From assembly GCA_964405835.1 (NCBI GenBank), contig CAYOPN010000003.1, positions 29,273 through 93,272 of the forward strand: 64,000 bases of DNA, given 5' to 3'. Below are positions 1 to 9,387 of the stretch, in pieces. The notes below the pieces were generated by a model, which had not been told where the DNA came from, made no database searches, and was given only the letters and a program-made list of their open reading frames with translations. The translations under genes were made by a program, and so were the position numbers. The DNA comes from an uncultured Elusimicrobia bacterium (GTDB lineage Bacteria; Elusimicrobiota; Elusimicrobia; F11). Each line of letters begins with the position of its first letter. The first letter of the stretch is position 1.

Positions 1-729
1 AAGCCAGCTTTCTATCTGTTTGATGCGGGTTTCATCGGAAGGATGGGTGGAGAGAAATTCGGGTGGTTTTTGACCGCCTTGAGCGGACATGCGTTTCCAG
101 AAATTAACGGCCTCGCGCGGATCGTAGCCGGCCTTGGCCATGAGAATGAGTCCAATCTTGTCGGCCTCGGATTCGTGGTTCCGGCTAAACGGCAGGATCA
201 CGCCCACCTGGGCCCCCAGACCAAACGCTTGCAGGGCCCCGTCCCGTACCGCGGGGTCGGCCTTACCAAGGCCAACGGCCAACAATTGATAAACGATTTG
301 CGTGCCCATTCCCTGGCTCATCCGCTCGGCACCATGATGGGCCAAAGCATGCGCCACTTCATGTCCCATGACGACCGCGACACCGGCATCGCTGTCGCAA
401 ATTGGCATTATGCCGTCCCAAAAAGCTACTTTGCCGCCTGGCAAACAGAAAGCATTGACCTCTTTACCTTGCAGAACGTTGAACTCCCACTGAAAGTCGG
501 GTTTTTCGGCAGCGGCTTGGATGCGGGCGCCGATCGCTTTTAGGCGGCGTTGATAATCGGCGTTCTTGGTAAGAGGTGTTTTCTTTAGCACGTCCGCGTA
601 GGCTTGTTCCCCTAACTGAGCTTCCTCTTGTGGCGAGATTAAATTGAATTGTTTGCGACCCGTGTATTGAACCGTGGCGCAAGCGCCCAAAAGGACAGCG
701 GTAGTACAAATCAAGAATGAGTGTTTCAT
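1..729 (-). CDS. M48-family zinc metallopeptidase lipoprotein (YcaL/LoiP-like); gene runs off window start so C-terminus missing
   Basis: Reverse-strand translation from ATG at 729..727 gives MKHSFLICTTAVLLGACA (lipobox LLGAC) and HEXXH motif GHEVAHALAHH (revcomp of 321-363). Absent from ORF track because no stop inside the window. The + ORF 43..543 is its antisense shadow. Confidence 0.75.
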   Translation of the reverse strand, partial: MKHSFLICTTAVLLGACATVQYTGRKQFNLISPQEEAQLGEQAYADVLKKTPLTKNADYQRRLKAIGARIQAAAEKPDFQWEFNVLQGKEVNAFCLPGGKVAFWDGIMPICDSDAGVAVVMGHEVAHALAHHGAERMSQGMGTQIVYQLLAVGLGKADPAVRDGALQAFGLGAQVGVILPFSRNHESEADKIGLILMAKAGYDPREAVNFWKRMSAQGGQKPPEFLSTHPSDETRIKQIESWL

Positions 730-826
730 CGCCGGAGATTACCAAATCGACGTCAAAACCCATTGGCAGGACTGATGCACTATTGCTGTTGTCTGAGCAC
801 TAAACCTAACGAATGGGAGTTGACAC

Positions 827-2110
827 ATGTCACCTTTAAAATTGATTCAAAAGACGATACATAAGGCCATGCATAAATCTAATTCGATTCTGATGACAAA
901 ACAAACAATCGCCTTCTTAATTGGTGTCGTTTTGATGAATTTACCCACAAATGCCGCAGCCGATGCCGGCGTTTCCGGTGGTTTATCCCTATTAAATGAG
1001 GGAAGCGCCCGTTGGTCCTCTTTGGGACAAGCCGGTGTGGCCGCCCACGACGATATCGCTGGCATGGCCTACAATCCGGCCACCCTTGGCTCGCTTTCTT
1101 CCGGTCAAGCTTCCTTCTTATATCAGCAGGGGCTGATTGAAGACGCTTACGGTCAATTTATGATCGGCACCCCGCGCGGTGAAAAATCCGCCTTGGGCTT
1201 CTCGTTTGGTTATTACAACGGCGGAGACATTGAGCTGACCAATGAAAACGGCCAGACCGAAAGCGTGAACGCCCAGACCGATATGACCGCTGCTTTGGGT
1301 TATTCCGTCAAGATGGGCGGCATGTCCATGGGCCTTTCCGGAAAGGTTTTGAATTCGAAATTGATCGACCAATATTCGGGCACCGCCTATGCCGCCGACC
1401 TTGGTATGGTCATGCCGGTGGGTTCGCGCTTGCAACTTGGCGCCGCGGCCCTTAATTATGGAACGCAATTGAAATATGCCGAAGAAGGCGACCCGCTTCC
1501 CCGCATGCTTCAGGTCGGTGGATCGTTCGCCCTCCGTCAAAACGCCACCCTTTTATTGAGCATTCCTTATATGGTGAACGAAAAGATGACCACCCCGTCT
1601 CTGGGTCTTGAGACCTTGTTCGGCCCGCTGGCCATTCGCGCCGGCTACCGTTCGGGCAAAGATGTCCAAGAGTTCACCATGGGCGCCGGCTTTGCGCTGG
1701 GCCGTTCATCTCTCGATTACGCGTTCGGAATGGTCAACCAATTGGACGCTCAGCACAAAGTGAGCATGGCCATGAGATTCGGCGGCGCTTCGGCGACCCC
1801 GGCCTTAATCACCAAGAAACCCACTATTGAACGTACCGTGGCGGCCCCCACGAAACAACGCACCGTAGAACAGACCGCGTCGAAGACCACTACCGTCGAG
1901 CGCCGTCATAGCCTCGGCGGCCAGCAAGTGCTCCGCGCCCCGGCCCGCACCCGCCGCGTGTACATCGTGAAACAAGGCGACACCCTGGCTTCGATTGCGA
2001 AAGAAGAACTTGGCGATAAGCGCCAATGGCAGTCCATTTATTCGGCGAACAAGCACTTGATTGACGACCCGGCCTCAATTGAAAAAGGGATGCGGATCAT
2101 CATCCCGTAA
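827..2110 (+). CDS. Outer-membrane beta-barrel protein with C-terminal LysM peptidoglycan-binding domain (paralogue of 26276..27769)
   Basis: N-terminal signal-like hydrophobic stretch; beta-barrel-like alternating pattern with motif GMAYNPATLG (cf. FYNPAGL in paralogue); C-terminal YIVKQGDTLASIAKEELGD...IIIP is LysM-like. Exact start uncertain among N-terminal Met codons. Confidence 0.6.
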   Translation: MSPLKLIQKTIHKAMHKSNSILMTKQTIAFLIGVVLMNLPTNAAADAGVSGGLSLLNEGSARWSSLGQAGVAAHDDIAGMAYNPATLGSLSSGQASFLYQQGLIEDAYGQFMIGTPRGEKSALGFSFGYYNGGDIELTNENGQTESVNAQTDMTAALGYSVKMGGMSMGLSGKVLNSKLIDQYSGTAYAADLGMVMPVGSRLQLGAAALNYGTQLKYAEEGDPLPRMLQVGGSFALRQNATLLLSIPYMVNEKMTTPSLGLETLFGPLAIRAGYRSGKDVQEFTMGAGFALGRSSLDYAFGMVNQLDAQHKVSMAMRFGGASATPALITKKPTIERTVAAPTKQRTVEQTASKTTTVERRHSLGGQQVLRAPARTRRVYIVKQGDTLASIAKEELGDKRQWQSIYSANKHLIDDPASIEKGMRIIIP

Positions 2111-2131
2111 AAATACGCAGACTTACCTCCG

Positions 2132-2197
2132 CGAAACCCTCACACTACGACCTGATTAATGAATAAGGACGTAGTGTGGGGGTTTCGTATTTTTACG
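2132..2197 (+). terminator. Rho-independent terminator for gene 827..2110 (18-bp stem with one G.U, 20-nt loop, then UAUUUUUAC)
   Basis: CGAAACCCTCACACTACG (2132-2149) pairs with CGTAGTGTGGGGGTTTCG (2170-2187); followed by tatttttacg. Confidence 0.6.
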
Positions 2198-2228
2198 TCA
2201 TCCTGGAATGTCTTAATCCAGGATCCAA
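2196..2228. repeat. REP-like hairpin element, singleton copy (stem CCTGGA/TCCAGG, loop ATGTCTTAA, 5' flank CGTCAT)
   Basis: cgtcatCCTGGAatgtcttaaTCCAGGatcc. Same loop with different but still complementary stems recurs at 27781-27852, 35466-35544 and 63962-63993. Confidence 0.6.
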
Positions 2229-2229
2229 T

Positions 2230-3198
2230 TTAATAGATGGGATTTGGCTGGATGAGGTGGAGGCGGACGTAGTCCGAGACGGAGCTTTCCAATGATTGAA
2301 TCGGTTTTGTGTAGCCGGCGGCTCGGAGCTTCGACAGATCTGCTTCCGTGAAATACTGGTATTGGCCGCGCAACTTCTCAGGCATCGGGAAATAGGTGAT
2401 TTTGGGTTCTTTCTTTAACGCCGCAAACACCGCCAACATGAGATCCTTAAACGAACGGGCCTTCCCAGAGCCGATATTGAAAATTCCGTTTTTCTCCGGG
2501 TTCTCCACGAAATAAAACATCGCGTCATCGACGTCTTTTACATAGACAAAATCACGTTCCTCGGACCCGTCGCCGTAACCGGGGCGCGACGACGCGAACA
2601 ACCGCACCGCGCCGTCCTTCTTAATTTGGTCAACCGCCTTGCACACCATGCTCCGCATGTCGCCCTTGTGGTATTCGTTGGGCCCAAATACATTGAAATA
2701 ACGGAAACCCACGACCTCGTCCGTGAGCTTGTTTTCGACGAGCCAGGAATCAAACGCATGTTTGGATTCGGCATAAGGATTAAGAGGTTTGAATTTCGGT
2801 AGTTCGCGGTCGTCGTCTTTGTAGCCGTTTTTTCCGTCGCCATAGACCGACGCGCTCGAGGCGTAGTGGAACCGTTTGCCGTTGGCCAGCGCCCATTTGG
2901 CGAGCGTCTGGCTGTATTCGAGATTGTTCCGTTTGAGAAAGGCCCGGTCCATTTCGGTGGTGTCCGAGCAAGCGCCCAAATGGACAATCAGGTCGGCGGA
3001 GAGTTTGTTCTTGGACAGCGCGTCCAGCGCGGCCTCGCGCGAAAGGTAGTCGCGGTACTTCTTCCCTCCAAAATTGGCGATGCCGTCCGGCGACGCCATG
3101 GTATCGACAAGCACAATGTCGTCCAACCCCATTTCATTGAGTTTCCGAAGGTAACAACTACCGATAAACCCGGCCGCGCCAGTCAAAAGGATCTTCAT
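2230..3198 (-). CDS. hldD: ADP-L-glycero-D-manno-heptose-6-epimerase
   Basis: MKILLTGAAGFIGS Rossmann motif; VGFRYFNVFGP, FKRDFVYVKDV and YFPMPEKLRGQYQYFTEADLSKLRAAGY align well with E. coli HldD/RfaD. Confidence 0.85.
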   Translation of the reverse strand: MKILLTGAAGFIGSCYLRKLNEMGLDDIVLVDTMASPDGIANFGGKKYRDYLSREAALDALSKNKLSADLIVHLGACSDTTEMDRAFLKRNNLEYSQTLAKWALANGKRFHYASSASVYGDGKNGYKDDDRELPKFKPLNPYAESKHAFDSWLVENKLTDEVVGFRYFNVFGPNEYHKGDMRSMVCKAVDQIKKDGAVRLFASSRPGYGDGSEERDFVYVKDVDDAMFYFVENPEKNGIFNIGSGKARSFKDLMLAVFAALKKEPKITYFPMPEKLRGQYQYFTEADLSKLRAAGYTKPIQSLESSVSDYVRLHLIQPNPIY

Positions 3199-3221
3199 GA
3201 GCGGCGCATGATAACAGGTTT

Positions 3222-3260
3222 TCTTAAAAAACTTTAATTCGGCGTTAATGGGCGGTTAAT
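3222..3260 (+). promoter_or_regulatory. Four phased TTAA(T) half-sites (spacing 10/11/11 bp) upstream of arnB: PmrA/BasR-box-like response-regulator site
   Basis: cTTAAa (3224), tTTAAT (3234), gTTAAT (3245), gTTAAT (3256). OmpR/PhoB-family regulators bind direct repeats at ~11-bp periodicity; the PmrA box is CTTAAT-N5-CTTAAT. Confidence 0.45.
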
Positions 3261-3306
3261 GGTCGAATTTTATGCTGAGGGCATGAAATCAAGTGATTCG
3301 CCCAAA

Positions 3307-4464
3307 ATGCTCCGGCCGACCTTCCTCCCCTTCTCACGACCTTCCGTCGGACAGGAAGAAATCGATGAGATTGTCGACTCCATCAAATCCGGATGGATAA
3401 CAACCGGTCCGAAAGTCGAAAAGTTTGCGGCCGAATTGGCTGGATATGTTGGAGCTCCCTATGTCGCACCGGTTTCATCGGCGACCGCAGGGCTGCATTT
3501 AGCGCTGTTGGCGCACGGGATCGGGCCCGGGGACGAAGTCATTACCACGCCGATGACGTTTGCCGCGACGGCCAATGTGATCGTGTTGACCGGCGCCACG
3601 CCGGTGTTTGCCGATATCGACCGGGCCACCCTTCAAATCCGACCGGAGACCGTCGCCAAGAAAATCACTTCCAAAACGCGCGCCATCATTCCCGTGCATT
3701 ACGCCGGACAACCGGTGGATTTGGATACGTTAATGGACATCGCCAAAAAACACAAGCTGGCCGTCATTGAAGACGCCGCGCACGCCATCGGCACCGAATA
3801 TAAAGGAAAGCGGATTGGTTCGCACGGGAACACGGTTGTGTTCTCGTTTCATCCCAACAAGAACATGACCACCGGGGAAGGCGGCGCGGTCGCAACATTT
3901 GACGAGGACATCCACAAAGCTGTTTCGCTGCTGCGCTTTCACGGCATGGATAAAAACGCTTGGAAACGGTTCGACAAAGCCGGATCGCCGCGTTACGACA
4001 TCGCCTTGCCCGGCTACAAATACAACATGATGGACATTCAAGCGGCGATGGGCCTCCATCAATTAAAGAAATTGGACGGGTTCATCGAAGAACGCACCAA
4101 CCGGGCATTGAAGTACCAGGAATTTTTTAGTGGGCTCTCCGGCCTCATTATTCCGCAGGAAGTTTCCTATGCCCATCGTCACGCGTGGCATCTCTACACG
4201 CCGCTGATCAACACAGACATGCTTTCCATTTCCCGGGACCAATTCATCCAAGAACTAAAGGACCGGAACATCGGCTCCGGTCTCCACTACACCGCCGTGC
4301 ACGAGTTTTCTTTCTACGCCGAAAAATACGGTTACAAACCCGAAGATTTTCCCGAGGCCCACTTTGTATCGGAGCGGATTTTGTCCCTCCCTTTATTCCC
4401 CTCCATGACCGACCAAGACCAGGAAGACGTTGTTGAAGCCGTCATTGGGATCTGTGAACAATGA
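3307..4464 (+). CDS. arnB: UDP-4-amino-4-deoxy-L-arabinose--oxoglutarate aminotransferase (DegT/DnrJ/EryC1 family)
   Basis: MLRPTFLPFSRP...GWITTGPK...SSATAGLH...IPVHYAG aligns with E. coli ArnB (MSEFLPFSRPAMG...). Track start 3259 lies inside the TTAAT repeat; 3283 or 3307 is more plausible. Confidence 0.85.
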   Translation: MLRPTFLPFSRPSVGQEEIDEIVDSIKSGWITTGPKVEKFAAELAGYVGAPYVAPVSSATAGLHLALLAHGIGPGDEVITTPMTFAATANVIVLTGATPVFADIDRATLQIRPETVAKKITSKTRAIIPVHYAGQPVDLDTLMDIAKKHKLAVIEDAAHAIGTEYKGKRIGSHGNTVVFSFHPNKNMTTGEGGAVATFDEDIHKAVSLLRFHGMDKNAWKRFDKAGSPRYDIALPGYKYNMMDIQAAMGLHQLKKLDGFIEERTNRALKYQEFFSGLSGLIIPQEVSYAHRHAWHLYTPLINTDMLSISRDQFIQELKDRNIGSGLHYTAVHEFSFYAEKYGYKPEDFPEAHFVSERILSLPLFPSMTDQDQEDVVEAVIGICEQ

Positions 4465-5153
4465 AAGACATCTCGATCGCGATTCCGATATTTAACGAGG
4501 AAAAAAATATTCCGCTGTTGCTGCCGCGGCTGCTGACGGTCCTTGATTCAATGAAGCGGCCTTACGAAATCATTTTTGTGGACGATGGAAGCCGCGACGG
4601 CTCGTTGAGACTGCTCAAGAAAGCGGCGGAACAATATCCCGGACGCATCCACGTTATCGGTCTTTCCAGAAACATCGGCCAACATCAGGCACTTTTGATT
4701 GCCTTCAAAAGTGTGCAAGGCCGCCACATCGTGACGCTCGACGCGGACCTCCAGAACCCACCGGAAGAAATCCCGAAAATCCTCGCAAAACTGGACGCCG
4801 GCCACGACGTCGTGGGAGGGATCCGCATGAACCGCCAAGACACTTTATTCCGGAAAACGGCGTCGCGCCTCGTAAACAGGATAACGTCTTTGATCACGCA
4901 CCTGGACCTTCAAGATTGCGGATGCATGTTGCGCGGTTATTCCCATGACGTTGTCGAAAAGATTGTCGCCTGCGATAAGCGGTCGGCATTTATTCCGGCC
5001 CGCGCGCTTTTGTTCGCGCGCAACCCCATCGACATCCCCGTCGCCCACGCATCCCGCGCCGAGGGCGAGTCAAAATACTCGCTCACCAAATTGGTCCGTT
5101 TGAATTTTGACGTCATGCTCGGTTTCTCCGCGTCGGGACGGAAGGCCCTATGA
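4461..5153 (+). CDS. arnC: Undecaprenyl-phosphate 4-deoxy-4-formamido-L-arabinose transferase (GT2), short form without C-terminal TM helices
   Basis: IPIFNEE...IIFVDDGSRDGS...TLDADLQNPPEEIP...CMLRGY...ESKYS aligns with the first ~230 residues of E. coli ArnC. Ends 5153 with ATGA overlap into the next gene, so there is no room for the ~90-aa TM tail. Confidence 0.8.
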   Translation: MKDISIAIPIFNEEKNIPLLLPRLLTVLDSMKRPYEIIFVDDGSRDGSLRLLKKAAEQYPGRIHVIGLSRNIGQHQALLIAFKSVQGRHIVTLDADLQNPPEEIPKILAKLDAGHDVVGGIRMNRQDTLFRKTASRLVNRITSLITHLDLQDCGCMLRGYSHDVVEKIVACDKRSAFIPARALLFARNPIDIPVAHASRAEGESKYSLTKLVRLNFDVMLGFSASGRKAL

Positions 5154-6043
5154 GCAGCCGGCCGCGCATCGTGGTATTTGCCTATTCGGAAGTGGGCCAT
5201 GCCTGTTTAAAAGCATTACTGGACCGCGGAGAAAACGTGGTCTGCGTTTATACGCATGAAGACAACCCGGATGAATCCCTTTGGTTTCCCTCAGTCGCCA
5301 AACTGGCGGCCGAGCATTCATTGCTGGTCCGGACGGAAGAATTATCGGGAGCTGATCGTCCCCCTTTCAGTTCCCACCGCCCGGACCTTATATTCTCGTT
5401 CTATTACCGGAACCTCATACCCAAATCCATTTTGGATTTGGCGCCGCTTGGAGCGTTCAACATGCACGGATCGCTTTTACCGCGCTACCGCGGGCGGGCC
5501 CCCATAAATTGGGCCGTGTTAAACGGCGAGGAAAAAACCGGCGCCACCTTACACGCCATGGTGGAAAAAGCCGATGCCGGCGATATCGTGGATCAGGAAG
5601 CGGTCGACATCGGTCCAGACGATACGGCTGCAACAGTCCAATCCCGGGTCACAAAGGCCGCGGTGACCGTGTTGGTTCGCCAACTGGAAAATTTGAAATC
5701 AGGCCGCGCGCCGCGCATCCCGCAAGACTCCTCCAAAGCCACGGTGTTCGGACGCCGCCGGCCCGAAGATGGCTCCATCAACTGGAATTGGCCGGCCAAA
5801 CGTGTCCACGATTTGGTGCGCGCTGTTTCGCGTCCCTACCCCGGGGCTTTCGGAATGATCAACGGGGGAAAATTTCGAATCTGGAAGTCTCAGCTAACCA
5901 ACGAAACGGCGATCGTTAAAAACCCCGGCATGGTCCAGGTTCGGGAAAAACAGACCTTTGTCACTTGTGGAGACGGAAAACTTTTGGAAATTATTGAAAT
6001 GCAAAAGGAGCCAATCAATGAAAGTATTAATACTCGGCGTTAA
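5150..6043 (+). CDS. arnA: UDP-4-amino-4-deoxy-L-arabinose formyltransferase (ArnA N-terminal domain as a separate ORF)
   Basis: [19 protein letters not shown]...[10 protein letters not shown]...[22 protein letters not shown]...[13 protein letters not shown] matches the E. coli ArnA formyltransferase domain; stop TAA at 6041-6043. Confidence 0.8.
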   Translation: MSSRPRIVVFAYSEVGHACLKALLDRGENVVCVYTHEDNPDESLWFPSVAKLAAEHSLLVRTEELSGADRPPFSSHRPDLIFSFYYRNLIPKSILDLAPLGAFNMHGSLLPRYRGRAPINWAVLNGEEKTGATLHAMVEKADAGDIVDQEAVDIGPDDTAATVQSRVTKAAVTVLVRQLENLKSGRAPRIPQDSSKATVFGRRRPEDGSINWNWPAKRVHDLVRAVSRPYPGAFGMINGGKFRIWKSQLTNETAIVKNPGMVQVREKQTFVTCGDGKLLEIIEMQKEPINESINTRR

Positions 6044-7064
6044 CGGATTTATCGGGAACGCCCTCACCGAACGGATTTTGACCACGACGAATTGGGAGGT
6101 GTACGGCCTCGACGTCGGTTCCGACAAAATCAAACCGTTCCTAACCAACCCGCGCTTCCGTTATTTGGAAGGCGACATTTCTATTAATAAGGAATGGACC
6201 GAATACCACGTCAAAAAAGCGGATGTCGTACTCCCGCTCGTGGCCATTGCAACGCCGGCGGCCTATGTTGAGAGACCGCTCGAAGTGTTCCAGCTCGACT
6301 TCGAGGAAAACCTGCGCATCATCAAGCAGTGCGTAAAATACAAGAAGCGACTGGTATTCCCTTCCACGTCCGAAGTCTACGGCATGTGCCCCGATGAGGA
6401 GTTCGACGAAGAAGTCTCGAACATGGTCTATGGCCCCATCCACAAACAGCGCTGGATTTATTCCTGCTCGAAACAACTGCTTGACCGCGTCATTTACGCG
6501 TTCGGCCAATCCGAAGGGCTGCGGTTCACGTTATTTCGTCCATTCAACTGGATCGGCCCGAACCTGGACAACATCGACGCGCCGAAAGAAGGTTCGTCAC
6601 GGGTGCTCACGCAGTTCCTCCACAATATTCTCTATAAACAGCCGATCAAATTGGTCGACGGCGGCACGCAACGGCGTTGCTTCACTTATATTTCCGACGG
6701 CGTGGACGCGTTGATGAAAATTCTCGTGAACGAGAAGAAATGCGCGGACGGCCAGATTTTTAACATCGGCAATCCGGACAACGATTTTTCGATCAAGGAC
6801 TTGGCGGAAAAACTGATCGCGGCCGTTGCCAAATACCCGGGATACGAAGACCTGGCGGCCAAAGCGAAGATCGTCCCTATGCATTCGGACGCCTATTACG
6901 GGCTGGGATATCAAGACATCATGACGCGCAAGCCATCGCTGCGCCACATTCGCCACACGCTCGGATGGCAGCCACAGGTTTCCATGGACGAGGCCCTGGC
7001 GAAAACGCTGGACTTCTACCTCAAGAACCGGAAACCGGGCGTCCGCTCTCACGCGACCGTATGA
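6018..7064 (+). CDS. arnA: UDP-glucuronic acid decarboxylase/dehydrogenase (ArnA C-terminal domain as a separate ORF)
   Basis: [21 protein letters not shown]...[18 protein letters not shown]...[11 protein letters not shown]...[10 protein letters not shown] matches E. coli ArnA 317-660. Start ATG 6018 preceded by AAGGAG; overlaps the FT ORF by 26 nt. Confidence 0.8.
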   Translation: MKVLILGVNGFIGNALTERILTTTNWEVYGLDVGSDKIKPFLTNPRFRYLEGDISINKEWTEYHVKKADVVLPLVAIATPAAYVERPLEVFQLDFEENLRIIKQCVKYKKRLVFPSTSEVYGMCPDEEFDEEVSNMVYGPIHKQRWIYSCSKQLLDRVIYAFGQSEGLRFTLFRPFNWIGPNLDNIDAPKEGSSRVLTQFLHNILYKQPIKLVDGGTQRRCFTYISDGVDALMKILVNEKKCADGQIFNIGNPDNDFSIKDLAEKLIAAVAKYPGYEDLAAKAKIVPMHSDAYYGLGYQDIMTRKPSLRHIRHTLGWQPQVSMDEALAKTLDFYLKNRKPGVRSHATV

Positions 7065-7960
7065 CTTCCATACCGCGCATCGCGCTGAAGGTGGATTGCG
7101 ACACCTTCGCAGGAACGCGGAACGGCATTCCCGCGCTGTTGCGGACATTTGACAGGACCCATGTGCGGGCCAGCTTCTTTTTCACTCTCGGCCCCGACCG
7201 GTCCGGGCTCGCCATCAAACGCGTGTTCACGCAGAAAGGGTTCCTAAAAAAAATGTTCCGTTCAAATGCCGCTTCTCTCTACGGTCCCAAGACCGCGCTT
7301 TATGGGACGCTCCTTCCGGCGCCGCTGATTGGAAAAAATTTAAAAAATGCAATCCGTTCCGTTATGTCGGCCGGTCATGAAATCGGTGTGCACGGCTGGG
7401 ACCATGTACGCTGGCACGACCAGTTGGATTACATGACGGAAAGCGAAATAGCGCACGACTACGGAAGAGCTCACCGCATGTTTGAAGAAATTTTCGGCCG
7501 TCGTGCGCGGGCCTCAGCGGCACCCGGATGGCACGCAACCGCAACTTCATTAAAAATCCAGGACCAGTACGATATGCTCTACGCATCCGACACACGCGGC
7601 GGCCCGCCTTTCTTCCCTCATGTTGAAGGAACAACATTCAAGCTTCTTCAGATCCCCACCACGCTACCCACTTGGGACGAAGCGCTGGTTGACCCGACAT
7701 TCCGCGACCGGCACGCATTGATCGGACGTTACAACACGTCCATTCAAGGCACCGAAGTCCATACCATTCATACCGAGGTGGAAGGAGGACGGTACAATTT
7801 CGCTTTCGAAGACCAGCTTAAAGCATGGTCGTCGCTGGGATTCGCTTTTATCACGATGGAAGAAATCGCGCGCGAAACTCTTTCGGACATTGGAAACGTT
7901 CCGGTAAAAGAAATTGCGCGCGTCAGCATTCTGCACCGCGGCGGACTTGTGTCGGCATGA
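7061..7960 (+). CDS. arnD: 4-deoxy-4-formamido-L-arabinose-phosphoundecaprenol deformylase (polysaccharide deacetylase fold)
   Basis: [27 protein letters not shown]...[10 protein letters not shown]...[11 protein letters not shown] aligns with E. coli ArnD. ATG 7061 overlaps the arnA(DH) stop (ATGA). Confidence 0.8.
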   Translation: MTSIPRIALKVDCDTFAGTRNGIPALLRTFDRTHVRASFFFTLGPDRSGLAIKRVFTQKGFLKKMFRSNAASLYGPKTALYGTLLPAPLIGKNLKNAIRSVMSAGHEIGVHGWDHVRWHDQLDYMTESEIAHDYGRAHRMFEEIFGRRARASAAPGWHATATSLKIQDQYDMLYASDTRGGPPFFPHVEGTTFKLLQIPTTLPTWDEALVDPTFRDRHALIGRYNTSIQGTEVHTIHTEVEGGRYNFAFEDQLKAWSSLGFAFITMEEIARETLSDIGNVPVKEIARVSILHRGGLVSA

Positions 7961-9387
7961 GCAAGAAATTCTGGCTCTTCTTATTGGCGCTCGTGCCGCT
8001 TTACATGACGTGGACGTTCGACCATTCTCTTTGGAACCCGGACGAAACGCGCGACGCCGGCATTGCGAGCGAGATGTACCGGACCGGCGAATTCGCGATA
8101 CCGAAACTTAATGGCGAACCCTTCCTTGAAAAACCTCCTCTTTATTATTGGACGTGCGTTGCGGTTTACAAACTGACCGGCCGTGTCACCGCCGGCACCA
8201 CGCGACTTCCATCGGCCTTGTACGGGATCCTCGGAGTACTATTCACATTCCTCATTGGCCGGCGACTCTTCAACGAGCGCGCGGGTCTTTTTGCCGCGGC
8301 GATCCTGGCCACGACGTCGCAGTATTTCCGCATGAGTCATTTCGCGATGATGGACATCTCATTGGCCGCCATGGTGGCGGGCGCGCTGTTTTTCTATTTG
8401 AAAGGCTCGCGCGTGGGATTCGCTGTATTTACCGTGCTGGCTTTTTATGCGAAAGGATTTCTTGGAGTTGTCCTTCCCGGCATTGTCGTAACGCTCGACT
8501 TGCTTCTTGATAAAAAACCAAAAGAACTCGCCAAGACCATCGCGGTCAGCGCCCTGGTATTTCTCGCGCTAACGTTGCCATGGTTTTGGGAACTGTGGCA
8601 CAAAGGCGGCCGGAAGTTCCTCGAAGTATTTTTCATCGACAACCACTGGAAAAGGTACACCGTCGACACCGGCGACCACACCGAACACTTCTGGTTTTTT
8701 TACCTGTTGTCGTTTCCGGTCGACTTTCTGCTCTGGACCCCGATTTTTTTTGGCGCGCTAAGAAGTTTATCGCTGAATATTCCAGACCATTTCGAATCCA
8801 GGCCCAAACGGTTTCTATGGTTATGGTTTTTTGGGCTGCTGCTGTTTTTCACGGTTTCCTCCAGCAAACGAAGCCTTTATTTGTTGCCGCTTTTTCCAGC
8901 GGCCGCTTTACTGGCAGGGACGTGGCTGGATGAGGTGATCAAAAAAGAATCGTGGGCCTATTGGGCCTTTGGCGGCGTGGGCGCTGCGATTGCGTTCGCA
9001 AGTTTTCTGTTCGCGGGCCGGTTGGACAATGAAAAAACTTTTGTCCCGTTGTGCGAAGTTATTGCCGCAAACCGCACAGGAAAAGACCTGGTGGGGTTCG
9101 ATATGAACGAAATGGAGCGCGGGGTCTTCAGTTTTTATTTGGGTGGGCCCATCGCAAATGTTATTCATGCGGAAGACCTTCAAAAAATGATGGCGCAGGA
9201 ACCATCAAAAAAGTTTTTGGTGCTTTCCAGCAAAAACAAGCGGGTCTCAATGGCTCCATTGGAGCCGGACTTGAAACTTTTGTTCGAATACCGGCCGCAA
9301 AAAAAGACGCGGTCCTATCTCCTTTATGAAAGTACTGATCATCGAAGACGACAAAACGATAAGGTCCTTCATCGCCAAGGGGCTTAA
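7957..9387 (+). CDS. arnT: Undecaprenyl phosphate-alpha-4-amino-4-deoxy-L-arabinose arabinosyl transferase (GT83)
   Basis: [65 protein letters not shown] is the typical ArnT/PMT N-terminus; multi-TM. ATGA overlap with arnD; 3' end overlaps the RR gene by 62 nt. Confidence 0.8.
   Translation: MSKKFWLFLLALVPLYMTWTFDHSLWNPDETRDAGIASEMYRTGEFAIPKLNGEPFLEKPPLYYWTCVAVYKLTGRVTAGTTRLPSALYGILGVLFTFLIGRRLFNERAGLFAAAILATTSQYFRMSHFAMMDISLAAMVAGALFFYLKGSRVGFAVFTVLAFYAKGFLGVVLPGIVVTLDLLLDKKPKELAKTIAVSALVFLALTLPWFWELWHKGGRKFLEVFFIDNHWKRYTVDTGDHTEHFWFFYLLSFPVDFLLWTPIFFGALRSLSLNIPDHFESRPKRFLWLWFFGLLLFFTVSSSKRSLYLLPLFPAAALLAGTWLDEVIKKESWAYWAFGGVGAAIAFASFLFAGRLDNEKTFVPLCEVIAANRTGKDLVGFDMNEMERGVFSFYLGGPIANVIHAEDLQKMMAQEPSKKFLVLSSKNKRVSMAPLEPDLKLLFEYRPQKKTRSYLLYESTDHRRRQNDKVLHRQGA

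Noticed and set aside
43-543. 166-aa + strand ORF at window start
   Set aside because: It is the antisense frame of a well-supported M48 metallopeptidase gene on the minus strand (HEVAH motif, lipoprotein signal); no motifs of its own.
5509-5919. Arg-rich 136-aa + ORF inside arnA formyltransferase
   Set aside because: Alternative frame of a strongly supported gene; Arg-rich low-complexity product typical of GC-rich off-frame ORFs.
6965-7060. N-terminal extensions of track ORFs for arnD (6965) and arnT (7825-7956)
   Set aside because: Extensions overlap upstream genes in other frames. Homology to E. coli ArnD/ArnT begins at internal Mets that form ATGA overlaps with the upstream stops.
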